Shown: positions 51,120-60,063 of the stretch, piece after piece
Position numbering within the stretch: the stretch's first letter is position 1
Layout of the letters: every line of letters begins with the position of its first letter
Source of the DNA: an uncultured Verrucomicrobiae bacterium
Lineage (GTDB): Bacteria; Verrucomicrobiota; Verrucomicrobiia; Chthoniobacterales; Chthoniobacteraceae
Length of the DNA stretch: 64,000 nucleotides
NCBI GenBank assembly: GCA_963769025.1
Contig: CAVYKI010000006.1
Coordinates: 416,001 to 480,000 of the forward strand
Reading direction: 5' to 3'
The notes under the pieces: model-generated
Databases searched by the model: none
What the model was told of the DNA's origin: nothing
Seen by the model: only the letters and a program-made list of their open reading frames with translations
Position numbers and translations under genes: made by a program

Positions 51120-51680
51120 TTCGGACCTGTACGGGGCCACCCGTCTGCCGGATCAGGCGTCTTCCGTCCTGCACAGGGCAGTCCTGCTTGCCGAATCAGT
51201 GTCTTCGGACCTGTACAGGGCCATCCGTTTGCCGGATCTGGCGTCTTCGGACCTGTACGGGGCCACCCGTGCCGGACCAGGGAGTCATTTCGGGCCTGTA
51301 CGGGGCCACCCGTTGCCGGATCAGGTGGGTCTTCGGTCCTGTACGGGGCCATCCGTTTGCCGGATCAGGGGTCTTCGGACCTGTACGGGGCCACCCGGCC
51401 GGGCGGGTAGGCATTTTCCGTCCTGCAAATGGCAGTTCCGCCGACCGGATGGGGGCTTTCCGACCTGTAAGCGGCCATCCTGTCGAGCGGGCGGGCCTTT
51501 CCGTCCTGTAAGAGGCCACCTGGTCAGCCGGGACGCCATTTTCCGACCTGTAAGAGACCGTCCTGCCCAGCGGGCAGGGCTTTCCGTTCTGCAAGGGGCC
51601 ATCCGCTTGCCGGGACAGGGTCTTTCCGACCTGCAAGGGCGCATCCGCCTGCCGGAACAGGGGGTTTCTGGTCTGGACCG
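51120..51680. repeat. degenerate 42-bp tandem repeat array, 13 units plus a partial unit
   Basis: Units start at 51120, 51162, 51204, 51246, 51289, 51332, 51374, 51416, 51458, 51499, 51541, 51582, 51624, 51666; consensus ~TTC(G/C)GACCTGTA(C/A)GGGGCCAYCCGTYTGCCGGATCAGGSGTC. Confidence 0.9.
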
Positions 51681-51886
51681 CACGGGTTGTTCAGGGGCTG
51701 TGAGTGGTGACTGGTGGGAAGTGACTGGTGGATGTGCGGCGACGACGGCCACCATTCACAAGTCGCCAGTCGCGGTCATTGCACGACCGACATTCGTGGC
51801 GCACGCCGAATCTCCGACGCACAGCGTTGACCTTGGCTCGCGTGCTGCTTTTGCTCCGCCCGCGTCGTTTTCGATGCAGCCCAAAC

Positions 51887-53086
51887 ATGCCAGCCCCATA
51901 CTACGATGTGCTTTTCGCCGCGTTCGCCTTCATCCTCGGCGCGAGCATCGGGTCGTTTTTGAATGTGTGCATTTACCGGATGCCGCTGAGGCTCTCGGTG
52001 AACAAGCCGAAGCGGTCGTTTTGCCCGCACTGCAAATATCAAATCCCGTGGCATGCGAATCTGCCGCTGGTGACGTGGATCGTGCAGCGGGGAAAGTGCG
52101 GGAACTGCGGGGCGCCGATCGCCGTGCGTTACGTGCTGGTGGAGCTGCTCACGGGGCTGCTTTTCCTCGGCGCGTGGCAGCGGATCATGCAGCTCTCGGT
52201 GGGGCAGACGGCGGATGCGTGGGTGCTGGCGCTGCCGCTGTTCACGTTCATCGCGCTGCTGGTGGTGGCGACGTTCATCGACTTCGAGCACTACATCATC
52301 CCGGATGAAATCACGCTCGGCGGCGCGGTCGCGGGTGTGCTTTTCAGCGCGGCGCTGCCGCTGCTGCAGGACCGGATCGGCGACGCGGGAATCGGCGACG
52401 GGCTGCTCGCGGGGCTGCCTTTCCTGCACGACAAGGCGAGCCATGTGTGGGGGCTGGTGATGTCGCTCGCGGGCGCGGGCGCGGGCTTCGGGCTGCTGTG
52501 GCTGGTGAGTGTGCTGGGGAAGATGGCGTTTGGAAAAAAGACGCTGGAGTGGAAGGAGCCGCAGGCGTTCACGTGGCGGCTCGCGGACGAGCGCGCGAAG
52601 CTGACGGTGGGCACGGAGGAGATGTGGTGGGATGAGCTTTTCTCGACGGAGAAGGACTGGATGGTGATGGACTGCGCGCGGCTGGAATTCGACGGGAAGG
52701 CGCGGGAGAATTTCGAGCTGCGCTCGCAATACGAACGGCTGGAGATCGACGGTGCGTCGCACGATCTGAACAAGGTGACGGAGTTCACGGGCACGGTGAG
52801 GCGCATGACGTTCAAGCGCGATGCGATGGGATTTGGCGACGTGAAGTTCATGGCGTGCATCGGGGCGTTCCTCGGGTGGAAGGCGATCCTTTTCACGGTG
52901 ATGTCGGCGTCGGTGATCGGGGCGTTCGTGGGGATACTGACCATCGCGATCGGACGTCGCGAATGGTCGGCGAAGATTCCGTTCGGCCCATACCTTTCGC
53001 TCGGGGCGCTGCTGTGGCTTTTCGCGGGGCCGGAATTGCTGTCGCTGTGGGTGGCATTCGCCGGCGGGGAGACGGAATACCGGTAG
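51887..53086 (+). CDS. pilD: prepilin peptidase (A24)
   Basis: GSFLNVCIYRMP, SFCPHC..GKCGNC, FIDFEHYIIPD, MGFGDVKFMA, IPFGPYL. Confidence 0.92.
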   Translation: MPAPYYDVLFAAFAFILGASIGSFLNVCIYRMPLRLSVNKPKRSFCPHCKYQIPWHANLPLVTWIVQRGKCGNCGAPIAVRYVLVELLTGLLFLGAWQRIMQLSVGQTADAWVLALPLFTFIALLVVATFIDFEHYIIPDEITLGGAVAGVLFSAALPLLQDRIGDAGIGDGLLAGLPFLHDKASHVWGLVMSLAGAGAGFGLLWLVSVLGKMAFGKKTLEWKEPQAFTWRLADERAKLTVGTEEMWWDELFSTEKDWMVMDCARLEFDGKARENFELRSQYERLEIDGASHDLNKVTEFTGTVRRMTFKRDAMGFGDVKFMACIGAFLGWKAILFTVMSASVIGAFVGILTIAIGRREWSAKIPFGPYLSLGALLWLFAGPELLSLWVAFAGGETEYR

Positions 53087-53141
53087 CGCGCGTTCGCCGA
53101 ACGCGCCCTGATCTGGGACGGCTCGGCGAGCCGTCCCTACC
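53082..53141. repeat. GTAG-type REP doublet (REPIN-like), copy 2
   Basis: GGTAGCGCGCGTTCGCCGAACGCG..GGGACGGCTCGGCGAGCCGTCCCTACC. Confidence 0.8.
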
Positions 53142-53178
53142 CTTTTCAAGACGCAGGATTTCATGCATGCACGCTGCG

Positions 53179-53544
53179 ATGCGTCTCGATCAATGGCTCT
53201 GGGCTGTCCGTGTCTTCAAGACGCGCTCGCTTGCGGCTGAGGCGATCAAGGGCGGGCACGTGCGCATCAACGGCGAGCCGTGCAAGCCCGCGCGCGAGGT
53301 GCGCGCCGGCGACACGGTGGTCGCGAGGGTGGGAATCATGACGCGCACCGTGCGCTACGTCGCCGACCCGCCGTCGCGCGTGGGTGCGAAGCTCGTGCCG
53401 CAATTCGCCGAGGACCGCACGCCGCCCGAGGAATACGCCCGCCGGCCCGAGCCGAACCTGCTGCCGCCGATGTTCCGTCCGCAAGGAAGCGGCCGACCGA
53501 CGAAACGGGATCGCCGCAAGACGGACAGGCTGGGCGAGGGATGA
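53179..53544 (+). CDS. hslR: S4-domain ribosome-associated heat shock protein Hsp15
   Basis: MRLDQWLWAVRVFKTRSLA..GRPTKRDRR. Confidence 0.92.
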   Translation: MRLDQWLWAVRVFKTRSLAAEAIKGGHVRINGEPCKPAREVRAGDTVVARVGIMTRTVRYVADPPSRVGAKLVPQFAEDRTPPEEYARRPEPNLLPPMFRPQGSGRPTKRDRRKTDRLGEG

Positions 53545-53608
53545 CTTTGCCCACGCGGCAGCGCTGATGCGATTTTCCAAACAACCCGCATCCGTCGCCG
53601 ACGGCGGA

Positions 53609-54133
53609 CTACAGCGAGGCGAGGAGGCCTTCGCAGTCGTACTCGGCGTTCGTCGATCCAAATTTCGGATAGATGAACCGGCTCGCGGGAACGTTCTCCT
53701 TTGAGATGCCATGCGCCACGGGGAGGCCGGCGGTCTTCAGGTGCTCGAGGGATTCGTAGAGGAGCGTGGTGCCGATTCCGCGGCTGCGATATTCCGCGAG
53801 CACGCATGGGCCCGAGATGAGATGGCTGGGCGCGTCCTCGTTCACGTTCAGCGCGGACGCGGCGATGATGCGCGTGCCGTGCGTGAGCACAAGGCAGGGG
53901 ACGGCGCGTTGCGCAAAGCTGGCGGCGAGCTGCGCCTCGATGAATTCGCGGACGAAGCGGATGGAATCACCCCATGCGGAATCGAGGCCGAATGCGGTGA
54001 AGATGACCTGATGAATGGTCTTTTCCTCATCACGGGAGGCGGCACGGATATTAAAGGCGGAGGGAAGGCGCGATTCAAACGCAGGGAGTTTCGTAAGGTC
54101 CCAGGCGAATCGCTTCCAGCGAACGAGCTTCAT
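53609..54133 (-). CDS. GNAT family N-acetyltransferase
   Basis: VLAEYRSRGIGTTLL, ASRFIYPKFG. Confidence 0.8.
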   Translation of the reverse strand: MKLVRWKRFAWDLTKLPAFESRLPSAFNIRAASRDEEKTIHQVIFTAFGLDSAWGDSIRFVREFIEAQLAASFAQRAVPCLVLTHGTRIIAASALNVNEDAPSHLISGPCVLAEYRSRGIGTTLLYESLEHLKTAGLPVAHGISKENVPASRFIYPKFGSTNAEYDCEGLLASL

Positions 54134-54589
54134 GCGGGGAGAATACGGGGAGGCACCGGGGAATGCAATCGTCGTGTGCTGATTTTGCTCCTGTGCCACG
54201 CGCAATTCCGCCTGCGAAGCATGGCAAACGAGGAAGAACGGACGCGTTTCTCGCACACTGGCGGTCGTACTCTGCGAGCGGATGCGGCTTCTCGAAATGA
54301 GCGCACGATGTCTGAGTTTTTGCGGGAGTTTCCGCGCGGAAAAAAGATCATGCCGCTCATTTCTTTCACGTGTATCGGCGGCTCTTGCTCCCCATTCCCG
54401 ATCCCTGTGCACTTCGACGCCGAGGGGTCCCTGCACGAACGCTACGAGGAGGAAGGGCGGCTGTCCGTCTTCTCCCTGCGAGCGCGTCCATTGCATTTTT
54501 TTCGTCAAACTGGACGTGCCGGAAAGGTTGTCGAATGGCTTGACGGATGGGTAGTTTTGGTAATCTTTAGAAAAACAACAGAAACAACC

Positions 54590-55027
54590 ATGAAAAACAC
54601 ACTCTCCCTCATCGTCTCACTCGCGTTCGTTGGCAGTGCCTCCGCCGGCGAGACGGTCGTCACCTCAAGCAAGACATACCATCGTTCCGAATACGCCCGC
54701 TGCAGTGCCCATGCGTATGGTTTCTTTGGGTGGAAGGAAGCCGGGACACCTGGCACGTACTATCGGTCCAACTGCGGCCGCAATGCCATCCTCCTCGTCA
54801 ACAACACGCCGGAGTTTATGACATTTTTTGTCTATTCCGGCGATTTGTGTTCGCCGAACGATATCAATGCGATGATTTCGGACGGCGCGCATGTTTACGA
54901 AACCGTCGTGCCTCCATACACGCGGAGCTTCAGCAACCAGCGCGCGAAGCACTACTGGGTCGGAACGAAGCCGGGCAAATGGGGCATCGATCTCGCGAAG
55001 AATCGGGTGGCGCCGTTGCCTTTTTAG
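54590..55027 (+). CDS. secreted hypothetical protein
   Basis: A-rich leader, signal MKNTLSLIVSLAFVGSASA; no family recognised. Confidence 0.65.
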   Translation: MKNTLSLIVSLAFVGSASAGETVVTSSKTYHRSEYARCSAHAYGFFGWKEAGTPGTYYRSNCGRNAILLVNNTPEFMTFFVYSGDLCSPNDINAMISDGAHVYETVVPPYTRSFSNQRAKHYWVGTKPGKWGIDLAKNRVAPLPF

Positions 55028-55213
55028 GCAGCGACCGCGGTGGCGATGGACGCGGCCTGAAGCTGCAGTCCAGCGTCGAAATGATCGGACCGGCATCGGC
55101 CGTGCGCACGCGTTGCACAGTCGATGTTCGGACGTAAAATGCTCGATGCATCCCAAAGATTCAGTGTCATTTTGCCGCTGAAAAGGTATGCAGTTCCCGC
55201 ATCCATCGACGCC

Positions 55214-55666
55214 ATGAAAACCTCGCTCATCGCCCTGTTCGCTTTCACGGTTGCCGCCTTCGCTGAGCCTCCGCAGAAGGAGCGGACGCTGGTCGGCAAG
55301 GATGCCACTTTGCGGGATGGTTCCGGCCGGCTCACGGGAGCCGCAAGAGCTTCGGGCAACAACACCACTTTCCGCGACGGCAGCGGACGAATCACCGGGA
55401 CCGCTAACGGAACGCCCGGCGGCAACCAGACCTTTCGCGACGGCTCGGGACGTGTCACAGGGACGGCCTCGCCTTCCGGGAGCAAAACGACCTATCGCGA
55501 CGGGTCGGGGAGGGTTGCCGGGACTGCGTCCACCGCCACGACCGGAACGACCACGTACCGCGATGGCAGCGGACGGATGACCGGCACGAGCAGCATCTCC
55601 GGCGACACCATCACGTACCGTGACGCATCCGGCCGCGTCACCGGGACGGCGCGGGTGAAAAAATAG
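55214..55666 (+). CDS. secreted protein made of six ~20-aa T(Y/F)RDGSGRxTGT repeats
   Basis: Signal MKTSLIALFAFTVAAFA; six RD(G/A)SGR units. Confidence 0.8.
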   Translation: MKTSLIALFAFTVAAFAEPPQKERTLVGKDATLRDGSGRLTGAARASGNNTTFRDGSGRITGTANGTPGGNQTFRDGSGRVTGTASPSGSKTTYRDGSGRVAGTASTATTGTTTYRDGSGRMTGTSSISGDTITYRDASGRVTGTARVKK

Positions 55667-55685
55667 TCGCGCGCGGCGGGAACCG

Positions 55686-56066
55686 CTATGCCTTCCGGGG
55701 AATCTCGGCACCGAACGTGATCCGGTTGCCGTCCGGATCGCAGCAGGAAAAATCGCGCATCGCATAGAGGCGATCCGCGAGGGGATGGAGTTGCAGCGCG
55801 CCGCGCTTGGCGAAATCGGCATAGAGCGCGTCGATGTCGCCCTTGACCCACACGTAGCACTCGGCGTTTCCGACGGTATGCCCGCGCGCGTAGACAGGAG
55901 AATCGAGATGCAACTCCACGGTGTCGCGTTCCACGATGGCGTAGGCATTGTCCGGGCTCACGACTTTTACCGTGAACCCGAGGACGTCGCGGTAGTAGGT
56001 GACCGCGCGCGAAACGCTGGAGCAGGGAAGGACCGGATAGGCCGCGAAGAACGTGGGAGAACTCAT
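55686..56066 (-). CDS. VOC/glyoxalase/bleomycin-resistance family protein
   Basis: PVL..V..AVTYYRDVLGF, YAMRDFSCCDPDGNRITFG. Confidence 0.88.
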   Translation of the reverse strand: MSSPTFFAAYPVLPCSSVSRAVTYYRDVLGFTVKVVSPDNAYAIVERDTVELHLDSPVYARGHTVGNAECYVWVKGDIDALYADFAKRGALQLHPLADRLYAMRDFSCCDPDGNRITFGAEIPRKA

Positions 56067-56163
56067 GCATACATCCTACGGGGAGAGCCCGGTTTGGAGC
56101 AAGGTCGCCCTCGGCGGAAGTCGGACGGTTTTCCGGTGCCCGAGATGCCTGCCGGCGATGGCT

Positions 56164-56910
56164 TCAGCGCTTCTTCGCGCGCCCGGGGCCGATGATGCTG
56201 AAGAACACCAGCAACACCACCAGTCCGCCGCCTGCGTACCAATACATGCGAGCGCGCGAATTGCCGCTGTCGGACGATTCCTCGGCCACCTCCGCGGGCT
56301 TGTCGCCGGACTTGTCGTCCGTCGGCGACGCCGGAGCCGGAGCCGGCGGCATTCTCTTGCCCGCATCTTGCGCCCCCGCGGATGCCGGAGCCACCGCGAC
56401 GATTGGGGCGGGGATGACGCGGAAGCTTCGCGCCGCCTGCTGGAGTTCGAGATCCTGCGAAGCCTCCTGCCCGCCGCCACGCAGCATCGTGATTCCGAAA
56501 ACGTAACCGCCCGCTGACGTAAAACGGATGACGCCCTTCACCTGCTGCGCGCCCGTGCCGGCGATCACGGGGTATTGCAGCCAGTCGAGGCCGCCCTCCT
56601 TCACGGTCGAATGTCCGATGAACTGATAGCCAAACTGCCGCAGCATCGCCTCGAGTTCCTTCTGAATCGCCGGATCCGCCAGGTTCGCATCCCGGTATTT
56701 TTCGACGACGTTGATCCCGAAAACCGCCTGTTTGGCCGGGTGCTGCATCGCGAGCACGATCGCGAGCCCCGGAGGCGACGGCGCCTCGATGATCTGCCAG
56801 CCGGTGCTGTCCGGGATATTTGCTGAGCAATGGAAAAGCTCGGATTTCCACTCGCGCGCTGGGGCGGAGACGGCGAGGCAGAGGATCAGGAGGGCGATGG
56901 CGGTGCGCAT
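56164..56910 (-). CDS. hypothetical exported protein with C-terminal TM anchor (paralog 1)
   Basis: Signal peptide, EWKSELFHCSANIP..W, Pro/Ala linker, C-terminal TM with basic tail. Confidence 0.75.
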   Translation of the reverse strand: MRTAIALLILCLAVSAPAREWKSELFHCSANIPDSTGWQIIEAPSPPGLAIVLAMQHPAKQAVFGINVVEKYRDANLADPAIQKELEAMLRQFGYQFIGHSTVKEGGLDWLQYPVIAGTGAQQVKGVIRFTSAGGYVFGITMLRGGGQEASQDLELQQAARSFRVIPAPIVAVAPASAGAQDAGKRMPPAPAPASPTDDKSGDKPAEVAEESSDSGNSRARMYWYAGGGLVVLLVFFSIIGPGRAKKR

Positions 56911-56943
56911 GATTTTGGGAGTGAAGCGTCTGGCGGGCGTGGC

Positions 56944-57612
56944 TCAGGCCGGGGGTTCCGTGCCGTGGCGCGTGCGGAACATGGTCACGCCAAAGGCGCA
57001 GAGCAACAACGCCGCCGCACTCCCAGCGCTGAACATTGCGATCCGGTACGATGTCGCCGACGGGCCGGTCGGACGATCGATGATGGCTGCAGACTGTTCG
57101 ATGAAGCGGAACGTCTCCATCACCCGCATGAAGTCTGGATCCTCGGCGCGGTCCGCCTCACCCTTGCCGTAGGCGGTGATGAGATACAGGCTGCGTGCGC
57201 GCGGTGTGACGCGCGTGACGCCGATCAGCTTCCCGGCGACGACGTCGCGGCGCTGGGTGATGTATTGGAGGAAGGGCAGGTTCTTCCAGATCAGCTGCGA
57301 CGAGCTCTCGATGGTCCAACCTTGCATCTCGATCAGTTCCCGGATGCGTTTCACCACGGCGGGGTTCCGGATGTCGTTGGAGGGAAGGTCGGGCACGTGG
57401 GTGATCATGATGCCCTGGCTCGAGACCATCGAGGTCGCGTGAAAGATCACCTCGCCACTGGGCAGCGGCTGCCGCAGCGCCGCGGTCCACGACTCCTGGG
57501 TGGGGATGGTCAGCGCGCAGCGGAATTGCTCGGAAATCCATTCGTCCGCGGTGGCGCAGGGGAGGCCGGCGGCGAGGGACAGCAGGAGCGTGCAGAGGAG
57601 GCGGGGTTTCAA
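56944..57612 (-). CDS. hypothetical exported protein with C-terminal TM anchor (paralog 2)
   Basis: Signal peptide, EWISEQFRCALTIP..W, LQY, FRFI, C-terminal TM. Confidence 0.75.
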   Translation of the reverse strand: MKPRLLCTLLLSLAAGLPCATADEWISEQFRCALTIPTQESWTAALRQPLPSGEVIFHATSMVSSQGIMITHVPDLPSNDIRNPAVVKRIRELIEMQGWTIESSSQLIWKNLPFLQYITQRRDVVAGKLIGVTRVTPRARSLYLITAYGKGEADRAEDPDFMRVMETFRFIEQSAAIIDRPTGPSATSYRIAMFSAGSAAALLLCAFGVTMFRTRHGTEPPA

Positions 57613-57705
57613 ATCGGCGGCAGCAAATCACACCCGCGCGCGGTTGGCGAGGGCCGGGCGCAAAAGTCCTCGCGTCCCGTGTTGGATTCGCGGCAGTGTG
57701 GGCGG

Positions 57706-59010
57706 ATGCGAATTTCTGATGTCGCCGTTCATCGCATTGCCATCGCAGACCCGCCGCTCCGCAGCAGCTACGGGCTGCACCAGCCGTATGCCTTGCGCAC
57801 GATCCTCGAATTGAAAACCGAGGACGGTCTCACCGGCATCGCGGAGACGTATGGCGGCGAGGCCCCGGCGGATGCGCTCGAAAAACTCCGGCCCCGTCTC
57901 ATCGGCGCAAATCCCTTCCGTCTCACAGGTGCGCTCGTGGACATGGTCGAGGGTCAGGGCTCGGGCGACGCGCGTTCGCAGACGATGCTCGTGCCCGGCG
58001 AAAATCCGCTCGACGCGACGGCGCGCACGTATTCCGCCGTGGAGACGGCGTGCTTCGATCTCATCGGCAAGGCCGTCGGCGAACCGGTGTGCGACCTCAT
58101 CGGCGGGCGTGTGCGCGACGCGGTGCCCTTCAGCGCGTATCCATTTTACAAGCACGCGGGCGGCGGCGGGGAAGGGGACGATTTGCGCGAGGACGAATAC
58201 GGCGAGGCGCTCACGCCCGGCGGAATCGTCGCGCAGGTGCGCCAGATGATCGCGAAGTACGGATTCAAGGACATCAAGTTCAAGACCGGCGTGCTCGACC
58301 CGGACATCGAGATCGAGACGGTGCGGGAACTCCGGAAGGAATTCGGCCTGCCCGTGCGCATGGACCCGAATTGTGCGTGGAGTGTCGAGACGAGCATCCG
58401 CGTCGGGAAGGCGCTGCGCGAGGAATTGGGCGCGGCGACCGGCGGATATCTTGAGGATCCGACCGCGGGCATTGCCGGCATGGCCGCCGTGCGCCGCGCG
58501 CTGCTGGCCGCGGGCTGCGAAGTGCCGCTCGCGAGCAACGTCGCCGTGACGTGCTTCAACGATCTGCCGGAGTCGATCCGCGAGGACGCGGTGCAGATCG
58601 TACTTTGCGATCATCACTACTGGGGCGGAATGCGCCAGGTGCAGCATCTTGCGAAGATCTGTGCGACATGGGGCATGGGCCTCTCGATGCACTCGAACTC
58701 GCACCTCGGCATCTCGCTCATGGCGATGGCGCACGTCGCCGCTGCGACGCCGCACCTTTCGTACGCGTGCGACACGCATTACCCGTGGAGCCAGGCAAAG
58801 GACGAGGTGGTCGTCGGCGGGCGGATCCAATTCGTGAATGGCTCGGTGCCCATCCCGAACAAGCCCGGGCTCGGCGTCGAACTCGACTACGACCAGCTCG
58901 CCCGCGGACGTGAACGCTACGCGAAGTGCCCGTACCGCAAGCGGGACGACGAGGCGGAAATGCGCAAACACGTGGACCCGAATTGGCGCCGGCTCCTGCC
59001 GCGCTGGTGA
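57706..59010 (+). CDS. glucarate dehydratase-like enolase superfamily enzyme
   Basis: DLIGGRVRDAVPFSAY, IKFKTGV, RMDPNCAWS, YLEDP, SMHSNSHLGIS, ACDTHYPW. Confidence 0.88.
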   Translation: MRISDVAVHRIAIADPPLRSSYGLHQPYALRTILELKTEDGLTGIAETYGGEAPADALEKLRPRLIGANPFRLTGALVDMVEGQGSGDARSQTMLVPGENPLDATARTYSAVETACFDLIGKAVGEPVCDLIGGRVRDAVPFSAYPFYKHAGGGGEGDDLREDEYGEALTPGGIVAQVRQMIAKYGFKDIKFKTGVLDPDIEIETVRELRKEFGLPVRMDPNCAWSVETSIRVGKALREELGAATGGYLEDPTAGIAGMAAVRRALLAAGCEVPLASNVAVTCFNDLPESIREDAVQIVLCDHHYWGGMRQVQHLAKICATWGMGLSMHSNSHLGISLMAMAHVAAATPHLSYACDTHYPWSQAKDEVVVGGRIQFVNGSVPIPNKPGLGVELDYDQLARGRERYAKCPYRKRDDEAEMRKHVDPNWRRLLPRW

Positions 59011-60044
59011 TGCATTTTCCGGGAAAAAATCTGGCGGGACTTGCTGCCTCGGCGCTCCTGCTCGCCGTCGCCGGCTGCTCGGTGCACTCGATCCCGATCA
59101 CGAAGGATTCGGAGGCGCTGCTCAAGGAACGCGCGATCTCCGGCGAGAAGCTGGGCTTCCAAGTCATGCCCGACGGAACGCGTTATCGCCTCCAGCTTTT
59201 CCGCGCGAAGCTTCCGGAACATCCGATCGAAGTGCCGATGGACCGCGGCATCGCCGGTCTGCCGACCATCCGCGTGACCTTGAACCGCACGAAGACCGTC
59301 CGTTTCGTCGCGGACACGGGCGCGCAGCTCAGCGTCGTCGAGGCGGACCTCGCCATCGCGGTGAAGGCCGACGTGTATGCTCCGGTGGATGGCACCCTCC
59401 GTGTCGAGGGCATCGGCGGCGAGGAGCGCGCGTGGCTGGCCCGCTTCGACAGCGCGCAGCTCGGACCGATCGTGTTTTCCGATCTCGTCACCGTCCTCCG
59501 GCGCGAGCAATCGGCGCTGCGATTTGGCGGCATCCGGGTGGGTGGATTCGATGTCAACCTCCTCGGCGCGCCCGTGCTCTCGTCGTTTTCGTTTGTGACG
59601 TTCGACTACCGTGCGAACCGGATGATGTTGTCCGGCTCCACGGCTTTCGTGCCGTCGCGGGGCGCAGTGCGTGTCCCGATGCAAATGCGCGACTCGATGC
59701 CATACGTGCCCGTGCAAATCCGCGGGCGCACCTACCAGGCGCTCGTGGACACAGGCGCACGCGATCAGGTTTTCCTGAACGAGAAGGTCGTCCGCGAGCT
59801 CTCGCTCGAATCCCAGGCTGCCGCGGGAGGAACCTTCAAGGCCGCGGGGCTCGGCGGGATGATCCGCGGGCGGACGTTTCGCCTCCCGGTCATCTACCTC
59901 GGGCAGATGCCCGTCCCGGATGTCGTCGTGGACAGCAGCAATGGCCCGTGGAGCGTGCGCATCGGCTCCGAACTCCTCGAACGCTGGCGCACCACCTTCG
60001 ATTTTCGCAACCGCGCGCTCTGGCTGGAAATGCCGGCGCTTTGA
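59010..60044 (+). CDS. two-domain retropepsin-like aspartyl protease, probable lipoprotein
   Basis: Two DTGA motifs (FVADTGA, ALVDTGA), LLG and IG flaps; lipobox VAGC. Confidence 0.85.
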   Translation: MHFPGKNLAGLAASALLLAVAGCSVHSIPITKDSEALLKERAISGEKLGFQVMPDGTRYRLQLFRAKLPEHPIEVPMDRGIAGLPTIRVTLNRTKTVRFVADTGAQLSVVEADLAIAVKADVYAPVDGTLRVEGIGGEERAWLARFDSAQLGPIVFSDLVTVLRREQSALRFGGIRVGGFDVNLLGAPVLSSFSFVTFDYRANRMMLSGSTAFVPSRGAVRVPMQMRDSMPYVPVQIRGRTYQALVDTGARDQVFLNEKVVRELSLESQAAAGGTFKAAGLGGMIRGRTFRLPVIYLGQMPVPDVVVDSSNGPWSVRIGSELLERWRTTFDFRNRALWLEMPAL

Positions 60045-60063
60045 CTCCACCATCCGCACCCAA

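Noticed and set aside
51120..51680. 42-bp array as a CRISPR array
   Set aside because: There are no identical repeats separated by unique spacers, the second halves are homologous to each other, and no cas genes are present.
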